Positions 51,901 through 62,576 of a DNA stretch of 64,000 nucleotides are shown one piece after another. The stretch is from positions 64,976,001-65,040,000 of the forward strand of contig CM075980.1 in the NCBI GenBank assembly GCA_038087875.1, read 5' to 3'. A model generated the notes under the pieces. That model was not told the DNA's origin. It worked only from the letters and a program-made list of their open reading frames with translations, and ran no database searches. Source of the DNA: Malacoraja senta. Its lineage: Eukaryota. Made by a program: the position numbers and the translations under genes. Position 1 is the first letter of the stretch. The number at the start of each line of letters is the position of its first letter.

Positions 51901-54900
51901 CACCACAAGAACCTGGAATACATCAAGTCAGCCAAACGCCTCAACTCACGCCAAGCAAGGTGGGCTCTCTTCTTTAATCAGTTTGATTTTGTACTGTCTT
52001 ACCGCCCTGGTGCCAAGAATGGCAAACCTGATGCTCTCTCCAGACAGTTTGATCCTGACCCGGCCCCTAAGGTTTCAACTCCCATTCTGCCTGCTTCCTG
52101 TGTTGTTGGGGCGGTTACTTGGGAGATTGAGAAGAGAGTTTCCGAGGCTACTGCTAGTAGTCAGTCCCCGCTAGGGTGTCCCTCTAATCGTCTGTTTGTT
52201 CCCGAGTCTCTTCGCTCACAGGTGATTCACTGGGCTCATACGTCTCGGATCTCCTGTCATCCCGGTGTCCGCTGAACCCTGTTTGTGGCCAAACAGCGGT
52301 TTTGGTGGCCTTCCATGGAGAGGGGGGATTAAGGAGTACGTCGCCGCCTGCAGTATTTGTGCTCAGAACAAGACCTCACGTCGGCCTGTCTTTGGCCTCC
52401 TGAGTCCGCTGCCTGTCCCCTCACGCCCCTGGTCAGACATCTCCATGGACTTTGTCATGGGCCTGCCCTCTTCTGAAGGTAACACCACAGTCATGACTGT
52501 AGTGGACAGATTTTCTAAGATGGTCCACTTCATTCCATTGCACAAGCTTCCCTCCGCCAAGAAAACGGCAGAGGTCATGTTGTCTCATGTTTTTCGAATT
52601 CATGGATTTCCCAGAGACATTGTGTCTGACCGAGGGCCTCGGTTCGTGTCCAGGTTTTGGAAGGAGTTTTGTACTCTGTTGGACGCCATGGTCAGCCTTA
52701 CATCTGGTTATCACCCGGAATCCAATGGACAGACTGAACGCCTTAACCAGGAATTGGAGACAGGACTGCGGTGCTTGGTGGCACAGAACCCTTCAACTTG
52801 GAGCAAACACCTTATTTGGGTGGAGTATGCACACAACACACTTCCTTGCTCATCCTCTGGTCTCTCTCCATTCCAGTGTGCCTATGGTTATCAACCGCCA
52901 TTGTTCCCTGCTGTGGAGAAGGAGTCCAGTGTGCCCTCCGCTCAGGCTCTCGTCCGTCACTGTCACAAGGTTTGGAATGGGGCTCGTCAGATGCTGTTGC
53001 TCAGTTCTGCGCGTTACAAGAGGATGGCTGACCGGGGAAGAACGCCGGCTCCAGTATACTCGCCTGGCCAAAAGGTGTGGCTCTCCACTCAAGACTTACC
53101 TCTGAGAGTGGAATCCCGGAAGCTAGCTCCTCGTTTTGTTGGTCCTTTCCCCATATCGAAGGTCATCAATCCTGTGGCGGTTCGTCTCCAACTCCCCCGT
53201 GCCGTGAGGGTCCACCCTACTTTCCATGTCTCCCGACTGAAGCCATTTAAGGAGAGTCCTCTGGTCCCTGCCTCCAAACCCCGGCTCCTTGATGGGGGTC
53301 CAGTGTTTACGGTCAGCCGGTTGCTGGGGATGCGCCGGCGTGGTCGTGGTCATCAGTATCTTGTGGATTGGGAGGGTTATGGACCTGAGGAACGGTCTTG
53401 GGTGCCGACTCGCAACATATGCGACCCTGAACTTATCAGGGAATATCGGCGCCAACATCCTGAAGATCCTGGGCCGTCAGGAGCCGGCCGTGGAGGGGGG
53501 GTTACTGTCAGGTCTCACGTTTGATCTAGTTTCTGTTTCTTATTGTTTTTATTATTATTGGTTGCATTCTTGTTTTATTTTGGTGTCTCACATCTCCTCT
53601 CGTTTCAGTTCCCATTTCCTGTCATGTCGTTTCCCCTCGTGTGATTGTTGGTCCCGCCCTGATGTGTTTCACCTGTGTCTCGTTATCCCCTGTTAGGCTG
53701 TGTATTTAAGCCCTTTGTGTTTTAGTTCTCATTGCCAGTTTGTTGTGTATGTTACTTTGTATCACCTCGTGCCAGCTCTAGAAATCTTTTGACCTTGTTA
53801 TCTCGACCAGTGCCTGTTTTCGACCACTGTTTTTGCCTGCTCCTAGATTGTACTGTTGCCTCCGATTTTGCTTACCTGTGTACCGACTTGGACCGATTAA
53901 ACTCTGAAAACTGATCTGCCCTGTGTCTGAGCCTGCATTTGAGTCCTCCTCCTCGTTCAGTTCTGATACTCTGAGATGTAATAATGTAATTGTAATAATT
54001 AGGGGTGATTGTTCACCTGGATATGTGTTTGTATGTCACCCACAACATTATTAAAAAATATATTAAAAGTATTTCAATTAACATCTGAGTAAAAATCTGC
54101 CATAATTTCTCAAAGATCAAAGCCTGATTGGGCTTTAGTGCTAAACACAAATCGAACTCAGAAAAAATACAGAAAGTCTGACCTGTGGCTCAATGAATTT
54201 TTGCCCAAGGTTCAGTGACACGAAGTCTTGCATGGCATTGGTGACTTTGTCCACTCGAAGACAACGCATTACAAGTAATTTCTGAAATGAATTTAGTTGA
54301 GATTCCAAAGTGCCTGGGAAATGATTTCTATAAAAAATGAAGGGTAATTACCAGTACATTTAATTTTGGTTACAATGGTATCTGTAAATTCATGGTTCCT
54401 TAACCTCTGAAGCTTCAGGTCAACCTCTGAGATCAACATTTTCTTGGGAACACAAAAAATAATACGCATTTCAACTTGATGGACAGCCAGGATAAGAGAT
54501 CGTCAACTTAATTGTAAATGAAAACTTAGTCAATATAATATTATAAAACATGATGGTAGCTAAAGAAAGGGTAGGTCCACTCAAGGACAAAGATCGGAAT
54601 TTATACCTGGAGCCAGAGGAAGTGGCCAAGGTACTAAATGATGACTTTGGATAGGTACTAACCAAAATGGACGTAGATGATAGTGCAATTATGGAAGAGT
54701 AAGTTGATATGCTAGAGCATATGATATTAAAAAGGAGATGGTGCTGTGTCTCTTGAAGAATATTAAAGTGGATAAGTCCTTAGGGCTTTATGAGATCTAT
54801 TTCAGGATACTGAAGGAGACAAGGCAGGAGAAGATTGGGACTTTGGCTGAGAGCTTTGTATGAGGAGCGATTATCTTGAAACGTACCATATCATGAAAGG

Positions 54901-57900
54901 CCTGGATAGAGTGGATGTGGAGAGGGTTTCCACTAATAGGGGAGATTAAGACCAGATGGTACAGCCTCAGAATAAAAGGACATATTTTTAGAAAGGAGAT
55001 GAGGCGGAATTCCTTTAGCCAGATAGTGGTGAATCTATCAAAGAGTCATACAGTGTGGAAACAGACCCTTCGGCCTAACCTGCCCACACTAGCCAACATG
55101 TCCCAGCTAGTCACACCTGCCTGCGTTAGATCCCTCTAAACTTGTCCTATCCATGTACCTGTCTAATTGTTTCTTAAACATTGCAATAGTCCCCGTTTCA
55201 ACTACCTCCTCCATACACGCACCAGGTGAAAAAGTTACCTCTCAGATTCCTATTAAATCTTTCCCCCTTCACCTTAAACCTATGTTCTCTGGTCCTCAAT
55301 TCCCATAATCTGGGCAGGAGACTACCCGGTCTATTCCTCTCATGGAATTCCTCTGTGGAATTAATTGCCACAGACAAGGTCAAGCCTTTGGGTATTTTTA
55401 AAGTGGAGATTGACAGCTACTTTATTAGTATATCAAAGGTTACGGGGAGAAAGAAGAATGGGAATAAGAGGGAAAGATAGATCAGCTATGATTGAATGGT
55501 GGAGTAGACTCAATGGGCCGAATGGCCTTATTCTGCTCCTATTGCTTATGAACATGGATCAGCCGACTATTAGTGACTTGATCAAAAGCCTTACTGAAAT
55601 CCATGTATACAACATCCACTGGCCTATCTCATCAATCTCCTTCGGCACCTCCTCAAAAAACCCAATCAAGTTAGTTAGACATAACCTGCCACATACAAAG
55701 CTATGCTTGCTATCCCTAATTAGCCCATTCCCTTCCAAATAGGAGTAAATTCTCTTGAAGAATGCTCTCCATCAATTTCCCTCTCATTGACATGTGTTGC
55801 ACTGGCTTTTTTGTTCCCTGGATTCTCCCTACTTCCTTCCTTAAACAAAGAACAATACTGGCCACTCTCCAGTCCTTGGAAACATCGCCTGTGGGTGGAA
55901 AAGAAACAGAAATCCTCGTCAAGGTCCCCACAATCTCATCTCTTGTTTCCCTCAATAACCTGGGATAGATCCCATCTGGCCCAGGGGACTTATCCACCTT
56001 AATGCTCTTCAAGAGAGTCAGCACCACCTCCTTCTCGATCACAAACTGCTTACATAATTGTATTCTCTAGTTGATCAAGATCATTTCATAAACTTAGACA
56101 ACATTCTTCAGTTTCCATCACAGCTGCCTTACAGCGGCAGGGTTCGATCTTGAGCATGGGTGCTGTCTGTATGGAATTTGTATGGTTTCTCCCTGTGACC
56201 GCCTGTATGGTTTCTCCGGATGCTCCAGTTTCCTCCCACACTCCAAAGATGTATGGGTTTGTAGGTTAATTGGCTTAAGTAAAATTATAAATTGTCCCTA
56301 TTGTGGAGGCTATTGTGGGGAGATCGCTGGTCGGCACAGATTTGGTGGGCTGAAGGGCCTGTTTCTGCGCTGTATCTCTAAACTTAACTCCAAACACACC
56401 ACCAATTTTGGTGTCAATTGCAAACTTAATAATCACGTCACCTATATTCACATCCAAATTGTTAATATACAGTATATGACAAACAACAGCACCAATCCCT
56501 GCAGCACAATACTGGTCACAGGCATCCAATTTGAAAAATATCACTCCACTTTCACCAAGCCAATTTTGCATCCAATTCGCTAGCTCACCCTGGATTCCAT
56601 GTGATCTCACCTTCTGGATCCACACAGGACCTTTTCATAAGTTTTGCTGAAGTCCATGTAGATAACGTCTACCTCCCTGCCCTTATCAATCCTCTTGGTC
56701 ACCTCTTCAAAAGGCAGTCAAATGGGTGAGATATGATTTCAGATGCACAAACCCATACTATCTCTAATCAGTCCAAACCTTTCCAAATGCAGATAGATCC
56801 AATCTCTCAGAATCCCCTCCAGTATCTAGCCTGTCATTCCCTGGCTTGTTCTTGAACCCCTTCTTAAATAAAGGCACAACATTAGAGGGTAGCTACGTCT
56901 TTAATATACCTCACTCATGGCTAAAGTAGATGCAAAAATCTCTGTCAGGTCCCCAGCAATTTATTCCATTGCTTCTCACAATATCCTAGGCAAGGCAACA
57001 CCTCCTCTTTCATAATGTCACAATCACTGTTCTCTTCCCTGAACTTCCCAGCTTCCATGACCTTCTTTGTGGTAAGTAAAGATGAGTGACCTACTTTATG
57101 TTAAATGCAGACAATTTCCCCAGGATGGGAATGTCAATAACCAGAGGAACTAGCTTTAAGGCGAGAGGGAACATTTAAAGGAGATTTACAAAGCAAGATT
57201 TCTACTCAAATGTGGTGGGTATGTGGAAGGTACTGCCAGTGGAAGTGGTAGAAACAGAAACAATCACAATATTTAAGAAGCATTTTGACAGACATATGAA
57301 CAGGCTGTGAAAGAGGAATATGGAACTTGGGTAGCCAGATGGGCTTAGTTTGAGATTGAAGGGATTGGCATCATGGCTAGGACTGACATAACCATATAAC
57401 CATATAACCATAACAGCACGGAAACAGGCCATCTCGGCCCTTCAAGTCCGTGCCGAACATTTTTAAATTTTTTTTTTAAATTAAAAATAAATACTTCCCC
57501 CTCGTCCCATCTACCTGCACTCAGACCATAACCCTCCATTCCTTTCCCGTCCATATACCCATCCAATCTATTTTTAAAGGATAACATCGAACCTGCCTCC
57601 ACCACTTCCACTGGAAGCTCATTCCACACAGCTACCACTCTCTGACTAAAGAAGTTCCCCCTAATGTTCCCCCTAAACTTCTGTCCCTTAATTCTCAAGT
57701 CATGTCCCCTTGTTTGAATCTTCCCTACTCTCAATGGGAAAAGCTTATCCACGTCCACTCTGTCTAACCCGCTCATAATTTTAAAGACCTCTATCAAGTC
57801 CCCTCTTAACCTTCTGCGCTCCAAAGAATAAAGACCTAACTTGTTCAACCTTTCTCTGTAACTTAGTTGCTGAAATAGGCAACATTCTAGTAAATCTCCT

Positions 57901-60900
57901 CTGTACTCTCTCTATTTTGTTGACATCCTTCCTATAATTAGGCGACCAAAATTGTACTCCATACTCCAGAATTGGCCTCACCAATGCCTTGTACAATTTT
58001 AACATTACATCCCAACTTCTATATTCAATGCTCTGATTTATAAAGGCCAGCACACCAAAAGCTTTCTTTACCACCCTATCTACATGAGATTCCACCTTCA
58101 GACATCTTGGTCTGAAGTGTTTCTTCCTGTGTTGTATTGTTCTTTTGGAATTCCTTGGTTGAAAGTAAGAATTTAAAATCTGTGCCCATGACATATTGAG
58201 ACCATTCAACAACTATATTTGAAATGTTTTATGACATACCAAGGATCACTAGAATTTGAAGTATTTCTCTTTTAAATCATATGGAGAGCAGAAAAAGTGT
58301 AGAGACGATTTTTGAGGATGTTTCCACGACTTGAGGGCCTGAGCTATCGGGAGAGATTGGGCAAGCTAAGACTTTATTCCTTGGAGCTGAGCTGAGGGGT
58401 GATTTTATAGAGCTGTATATGATCATGAGTGGAATCGACAGGTTGAATGCACAGTATTTTGCCCAGGATAGCGGAATCAAGAACCAGAGGATATAGGTTT
58501 AAGGAGAGAGGGGAAAGATATAATAGGAACCTGAGGGGAAACTTTTTAACTCAAGAGGGTGATGGGTATATGAAATGAGCTGCCAGAGGAGGCAGTTGAG
58601 GCTGGTACAATAACAACATTTATAAGACACTTGGACAGGTACATAGACAGGAAAGGTTTAGAGGGATATGGGCCAAATGCAGCCAAATGGGACTAACTTA
58701 GACAGGACATCCAGTTTGGCATGGATGAGTCAGGCTGAAGGGCCTGTTTCCATGCTGGAGCAATACCATTACATCAATACCAATGGCATGGAGGGTGAGG
58801 AGGAGATGACGTGGAGTGAAGAAAAGAAGAGGGGTTTAAAAAGTACATCCAGCAGATGACTACAGTGGACTGCCCACAATGACTACAGGTCTGTGGAGTA
58901 GTACAGTGCCTCCTATGCATACATTCCCAATGACCGTGCATTCTCTGCCAAGCTCAGTGCACTGGCAGCTTGGGACATTCGTGCGGGGAAATGATGTATG
59001 AATAAACATGTCAATAAAATAATTCTTAAAGTTCACCTGTGAGGATCTGGACTGTCAAAGATTATTTGAAAACCATTCAGATTTTGTACAAAATCTTCTA
59101 AAAAGTTGGAAAAGTTCTGCAGGGTAGTAAGGCTCTGGATGTCTTTCCATGCTCTGTCTGAGAGCCAGTCAGAGGCTGGTTTGGTGCTCAACGTGTGGCT
59201 AGCTGCTCCAGAGAGTAGGAAACGCCATTCATCCTATTCAATTACAATCACATTAGGAATGGTTATGATAGTATTGTTCACAAAGAAGACAAACACACAG
59301 TAACATTTTAAGTAAATATTTTTTGAAGTACTTTATATTTGAAGAAGTAACTAGAAACTAGTGTTTGCTCTTTTGCTGTTACAGGGGCCAATTTACTTGC
59401 AATTTGCTGAATGACATATATGGACATTTTCCTTACATTATTCACACATATGCAATATTTGGAAGCCATCAGATAATGTAATACCTGTGCATGTTATAAA
59501 TTTGCAGATCAGGAAGATTGTGATATGCATCAGCTGTTAATGCTGATTTGATTCCACCCCTTTATTGGGATACTCTGCTTCTTAGAAGAGGAGGCCAGAA
59601 TGATACAAACTGTACAGCCATTGAGCAGGCTCGGGACCATGTCCACAGCAGCACTCTGGTGCAATAACTGAAGCTCTGCACTCTAAGAGAATGGAGTATA
59701 TCCTCTTCTTTCTTGGAAAAGTGCAATTGTGAGTGCATGGATTCTCCTGATTGCAGGTGCAAATAATTATTTTCTGCATTCACTTTGTTTTAAAGTGCTA
59801 CATTTAAATGCCAATATGTTCCACAATCGCAAAGACTTTAAATTCCTGAATGTGCAGATAGGATACAACCATACCGAGCATCTTGATAGTGTGACAACGC
59901 CCCCTCGCTTGGATGCCGCTTTGATTCCCATCACTGACAGGCCAGGAGAGGCCAATCCCCAGCATCATTGTAACAGCTTGGTCCAATTAGCTGACATGGG
60001 ATCGGCCCACCTGAACCTCCCCAGCCTACTCCTTTTACGCATCCTCCTTCGAGACCAGGACTCATCTGCTGGGAGAAGCCAGAGATTGCAAGCATCACCG
60101 CACATGCGGTCTGACGACGAAGGACATCTTCCCCATGAGGTCCTGGACTTTATCATCGTAAATAAAATATATCACAAGAGTTCACCCTACTGTCAGTGTC
60201 GATGTGATCACTGCTGAACCCTGCGTCATCGCTAACACCACAATAGTCAATACATTCCCCAGAGTAGTCCTTCCAATCCTTGTGATCTATTGAGATGTGT
60301 GACACACCAGAATTTCTTTGAGTAAGTGTATTATGAAAATACTGTACATCAGCAACATGGAGGCCAGTCCTGCAATCCTGCAATATTCGGGTGATACTTA
60401 ATAACTCTTGTGTAGAATGGTTTTCTTCTCTATTGTAAGAATGCATGCTTGATATTAGTGATGAAAGTTCCACTAGGAAGCTCACAATGATGCAAGCACA
60501 CAGGGGAACAATTGTCCATCATCTCGACAGAGAGTACTGAGATGTAATGTAACAACTCACTAGGCCAATAGAGATTTATGGATGTGTTACTGACCATATC
60601 AATCCTGTCATCATTCATCATGATTCTCACGCACACCAGGAAAGCAAACATAAGCTTGTGCTTCTCAAATAGGCTTCTGCAGACATTGAGGTACAGGCTG
60701 TAGGTGAAGTAATTATTGATAAGTTTTATCCTCTTCTCCACAGTATCTAGGAGACAAAAAACAGTTTTGCCATCTCTGTGAGCTAGTTCTGCTTAAATTA
60801 AGTAATAAATCTTATGGCTTAGAACTCCTAGTAGAGATTGTCATAAACTCCTAGTAGAGATTAACAGGAACAGGAATTTGGTTAGAAGGATCAACATGGA

Positions 60901-62576
60901 CAACAATTTTATTGGTGGAGCATATAGGGTGTTATACTGTAAGTAGAGAATACAGATTGAACTCTGCTTGAATTCATAACACCATTCTCGTTATTGATTG
61001 AACTGCATTAGGTATGTTGGATTGTAAAACTTACTCCAAAACTGAATACCAAATGAAGTTCGCTTGACCACAACTCAGAATCAGAGTCATACAGCATGGA
61101 AACGGGCCCTTCAGTCCAACCAAGGTGCCCTCTTAAGCTAATCCCAATTACCTTCAATTGGCCCATGTCCCTCTAAACCTTTCCTGTCCATGTACCTGTC
61201 CAAGAGTCTTGTAAATGTTGTTATTGTACCTGCCTGAACACTGACAGCTCTTTCCACATACCTACCACCCTTTGAGTGAAAAGATTGTCCCTCATGGTCC
61301 TATTAAATCTTTCCGGTAAAGTGACTAATTGCTAATTAGTGCATTATTCAATCAGCAGTCAGAATGAAAAATATTATCGACAGTTAAGTCATGGTCTTGC
61401 ACGTGTAATCTCCCATCACTCGTTCAAATATTCCTTATCTAGAAGAACATTTAAAGTGCTTTTTCTGATCTGCTTTTCCTTTTTTTGATGCAGTTAGTTC
61501 TTTTAAAGATTCCATTCTTTGGGACTTGGATACGAATGAATACTATGTTATTGAGATAGACTCTACCTTCACCCACCATGTGCAACACAGGTGTGGGACC
61601 AGTGAAAGTCATCTATGTTGCCTAATTACTCTAGAACCACCAGGTTTTAAATTTTGTGTTTTACAGGACATGCAGCTAGAAAACTTAAACTATTCATTTT
61701 TTTCCAATAAATCTAGTTTGTATCTCAATCATATTAACAGGCTGACTGAAATTTTTACCAGCAAATGAAAGTTAAAAAGATGATCAGAAGTCTCAGACCG
61801 AAAGCACTAACTTTCTCTTATCAAGATACTGCCTGACCTTGTTTGTTCTGGACCCTATAATATAGGAAGTATGCGTGTACACGGGAGAGAGAGCAGAGAA
61901 TTTTCACCAGGGTGTTGCCGAGATTTGAGCACTTCAGTTATAGGGAGAGATTTGATAGGCTACCTTGGACAATTTTCCTTGGAGTGAGGATGCTGAGGAA
62001 TTAACTGATGGAAGTATATTAGTTTATGAGAGGCGTTAATAGGGTAGATAGTTTATTTGATGTTTAATTCATTTTCAGAGATCATTGTCACCTTCAATTT
62101 ATATGGGCAGGATTACTCCCACGCTTTGTTTCTTGAACAACAGACATAAAATTAGGTTCTTTACTCTGTGGAACCTTAGCCTTCAGCATAATACAGTGTA
62201 ATGCACTGATTGAGAAATAATTGTTGGCTACTCTGCCTTGGAACCCATGATGTGTAGCACTGTCTGTCATGCGTTAAGCAGCTAAATTACAGCAAACAGA
62301 AAATAAACAATGGAAAAGAGTGTTACATTAGCTTGAAGTAAACACGACTCAGAATGGTAGAGTTGACTTGGTTGGCATACCTGCTCGCTCAGAATTTGCA
62401 ATGCCTGCCATGAAGATGGTGAGAAACCATTCCAAAGAATACTGATACATTGGGTCCACATTGGATAAATCGGATACGCAGAAAAACAGAATCTGGGTCC
62501 TTTCAGCAACAGGGACATACTGGAGCCGAGTGATATCAATGTCCTTCTCGGTTTGTTCTGCTATTGTCACTTTCAT
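17543..62576 (-). CDS. DNAH1: Dynein axonemal heavy chain 1, 3' part (late motor domain to C-terminus), multi-exon; gene continues beyond the right edge of the window
   Basis: 14 exons bounded by AG acceptors and GT (one GC) donors translate collinearly to the dynein heavy chain C-terminal region. The ending [15 protein letters not shown] and motifs such as [28 protein letters not shown] match DNAH1 as I recall it, rather than DNAH3/7/12. Confidence 0.93.
18925..19277. mobile_element. Tigger/pogo-like MITE with an internal ~25-bp minisatellite
   Basis: Right end AGTTCAGGGAGTGCCTG followed by TA; taagtcggaa subterminal motif shared with 29380-29452; about 8 units of GAGACCACGTGGGAGCTCTGAC. 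Confidence 0.55.
19530..19761 (-). CDS. DNAH1: DNAH1 penultimate exon (...[15 protein letters not shown]...[10 protein letters not shown]), 232 nt
   Basis: ACAG acceptor, GTAAG donor, phase 0 to 1. Confidence 0.93.
19990..20415 (-). mobile_element. Tc1 transposon 5' end (left TIR and transposase start [18 protein letters not shown])
   Basis: TA-CAGTGCCCTCC TIR; same family as 14929-15343. Confidence 0.85.
21527..21853 (-). mobile_element. tRNA-derived V-SINE (HE1-like), near intact
   Basis: GGGCAGCACGG start, B-box-like GTTCGATCCC, V-domain, (CTAAA)n tail. Confidence 0.85.
22130..23130 (-). mobile_element. Degenerate Penelope-like element with an embedded CR1 tail (about 22260-22380)
   Basis: Homologous to the GIY-YIG region at 2560-3030. 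Confidence 0.65.
23335..23541 (-). CDS. DNAH1: DNAH1 exon ([12 protein letters not shown]...[22 protein letters not shown]...FDFT), 207 nt
   Basis: TTTTCCAG acceptor, GTATG donor. Confidence 0.95.
25305..25624 (+). mobile_element. V-SINE 3' part followed by a young CR1 tail (25453-25624)
   Basis: gggccgaagggcctgtttcc tail; (TTTCTATG)n tail. Confidence 0.75.
25998..26142 (-). CDS. DNAH1: DNAH1 exon ([26 protein letters not shown]...VPELWNAK), 145 nt
   Basis: Manual translation; TTTTATAG acceptor, GTAAC donor. Confidence 0.94.
26702..26832 (-). CDS. DNAH1: DNAH1 exon ([14 protein letters not shown]...[18 protein letters not shown]), 131 nt
   Basis: Manual translation; TTTTTTTAG acceptor, GTAC donor, phase 0 to 2. 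Confidence 0.93.
27727..27845 (+). mobile_element. Short Penelope 3' fragment beginning at a hammerhead motif
   Basis: CTGATGA-AGAGTCCCGACCC-GAAA-TGTC followed by the family tail; a similar copy at 28246-28333. Confidence 0.7.
28965..29134 (-). CDS. DNAH1: DNAH1 exon ([34 protein letters not shown]...), 170 nt as assembled (1 nt short of in-frame)
   Basis: Manual translation; ACAG acceptor, GAG/GTTTG donor; frame lost at the GGGG-AAAA run. Confidence 0.88.
29640..30420 (-). mobile_element. CR1 3' fragment
   Basis: [28 protein letters not shown]. Confidence 0.85.
30720..30896 (-). CDS. DNAH1: DNAH1 exon ([22 protein letters not shown]...TETDLE), 177 nt, GC donor
   Basis: ATAG acceptor; GAG/GCAAGT donor keeps frame with the next exon (GYLDY). 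Confidence 0.9.
31003..31358. mobile_element. Palindromic Harbinger-like MITE (~125-bp inverted arms)
   Basis: CACTGTACGAGGTAATTCACGAG... versus ...CTCGTGAATTACCTCGTACAGTG, then GGACAGGGGC; left tip missing. Confidence 0.75.
31442..32130 (-). mobile_element. Young 5'-truncated Penelope-like element (GIY-YIG + hammerhead at 31507-31534)
   Basis: ORF 31644-31970 NLIYCIRC...IYIGETKR; 8-bp TSD AATTCATT at 31434-31441 and 32131-32138. Confidence 0.9.
32745..34721 (+). mobile_element. CR1 RT/3' fragments (mosaic)
   Basis: [13 protein letters not shown] and LYRTLV...[10 protein letters not shown] peptides; resumes after 36374. Confidence 0.8.
33149..33176 (+). ncRNA. Minimal hammerhead ribozyme motif
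   Basis: Identical to 4149-4176; the ~95-nt insertion is flanked by TGGATTTGTC duplication. Confidence 0.7.
34722..36373. mobile_element. Non-autonomous TIR DNA transposon (hAT-like TAG...CTA ends)
   Basis: TIR TAG(CA/GT)ATGTTACAAAATTT; duplication (A)CATTGTG on both sides; no transposase ORF. Confidence 0.8.
35064..35671. mobile_element. GC/CpG-rich Harbinger-like MITE nested in the hAT-like element
   Basis: Imperfect TIR TAAAGGTCTGTCTCAC / GTAAGACACGGCCTTTA; abrupt GC shift. Confidence 0.7.
36827..37006 (-). CDS. DNAH1: DNAH1 exon ([15 protein letters not shown]...[16 protein letters not shown]...LPYK), 180 nt
   Basis: Manual translation; TTTTAG acceptor, GTATG donor. Confidence 0.94.
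37217..37562 (-). mobile_element. tRNA-derived CORE-type SINE with an L2-like tail and (TTA)n end
   Basis: B-box GGTTCAAATCCC, CORE-like GTGTCCTTGGGCAAGACAC, tail GTAAAGCGCCTTGAG...GCGCTATATAAAT. Confidence 0.8.
37749..38602 (+). mobile_element. Helentron/Helitron-like non-autonomous element (duplicated 5' end, Rex tail inserted at ~37905-38030)
   Basis: ACTAGACCAA start with GGGACC..GGGCCC hairpin, subterminal (AC)n, end TTATAGAGAT. Confidence 0.5.
39114..42941 (+). mobile_element. Decayed Ty3/Gypsy element, CsRn1-like (gag-PR-RT-RNaseH-IN), many stops and frameshifts, LTRs not resolved
   Basis: [12 protein letters not shown] gag motif; LIDSHA protease; SPLHVVPK...[11 protein letters not shown] and YIDG RT; WEPLAFFS RNase H; HNLSHPG and HLDLVGPLP integrase. 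Confidence 0.88.
42942..43656 (-). repeat. (GT)n microsatellite followed by a Helentron-like/low-complexity GC-rich repeat ((CTCTGCC)n), truncated by the gap
   Basis: (GT)n at 42942-42973; weak reverse similarity to 38440-38580; C-rich tracts at 43320-43580. Confidence 0.45.
43657..43856. other. Assembly gap (200 N) inside DNAH1
   Basis: Run of N. Confidence 1.
44791..44922 (-). CDS. DNAH1: DNAH1 exon ([44 protein letters not shown]), 132 nt
   Basis: Manual translation; TTTTGCAG acceptor, GTAAT donor. Confidence 0.94.
45397..45555 (-). CDS. DNAH1: DNAH1 exon ([11 protein letters not shown]...[12 protein letters not shown]...SLGQGQ), 159 nt
   Basis: TTTCAG acceptor, GTAAG donor, AAA6 entry motif. 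Confidence 0.95.
47011..48093 (-). mobile_element. Rex1/Babar LINE, 5'-truncated (RT C-half and 3' UTR)
   Basis: [13 protein letters not shown]...[23 protein letters not shown]; AATAAA and (ATTG)n tail. Confidence 0.88.
48582..53968 (+). mobile_element. Near full-length sushi/Tf1-type chromovirus (Ty3/Gypsy) LTR retrotransposon, inactivated, antisense in a DNAH1 intron
   Basis: LTRs 48582-49047 and 53506-53968; 5-bp TSD CTCTG; gag from ATG 49065; CFYC knuckle; LVDSGA protease; YLDD RT; RNase H; integrase; chromodomain [15 protein letters not shown]; PPT GGAGGGGGGG. Confidence 0.96.
54183..54327 (-). CDS. DNAH1: DNAH1 exon (NHFPG...[23 protein letters not shown]...FIEPQ), 145 nt
   Basis: Manual translation; TTTTTTATAG acceptor, GTCAG donor, phase 2 to 0. 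Confidence 0.92.
54480..58760. mobile_element. Cluster of CR1 fragments in both orientations with a V-SINE (about 56120-56390)
   Basis: [13 protein letters not shown] and [10 protein letters not shown] peptides; young minus-strand copy at 57387-58100 with (CATAACCATA)-type tail and [18 protein letters not shown]. Confidence 0.82.
59037..59233 (-). CDS. DNAH1: DNAH1 exon (DEWRFLLSG...[10 protein letters not shown]...FDSPDPH), 197 nt
   Basis: Manual translation (not in ORF track); ATAG acceptor, GTGAA donor, phase 0 to 2. Confidence 0.92.
60595..60746 (-). CDS. DNAH1: DNAH1 exon ([36 protein letters not shown]...RIDM), 152 nt
   Basis: CTAG acceptor, GTCAG donor, [11 protein letters not shown] motif, phase 1 to 0. 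Confidence 0.93.
61080..61312 (-). mobile_element. CR1 3' tail fragment
   Basis: acagcatggaaacgggccct...cctctaaacctttcct tail motif. Confidence 0.65.
62381..62576 (-). CDS. DNAH1: DNAH1 exon ([14 protein letters not shown]...IANSERA), 196 nt
   Basis: ACAG acceptor, GTATG donor, [12 protein letters not shown] motif, phase 0 to 1. Confidence 0.93.

Noticed and set aside
49002-53524. Domesticated PEG10/RTL1-like gene
   Set aside because: Two intact LTRs, a TSD and multiple stops/frameshifts indicate an ordinary recent retrotransposon copy.
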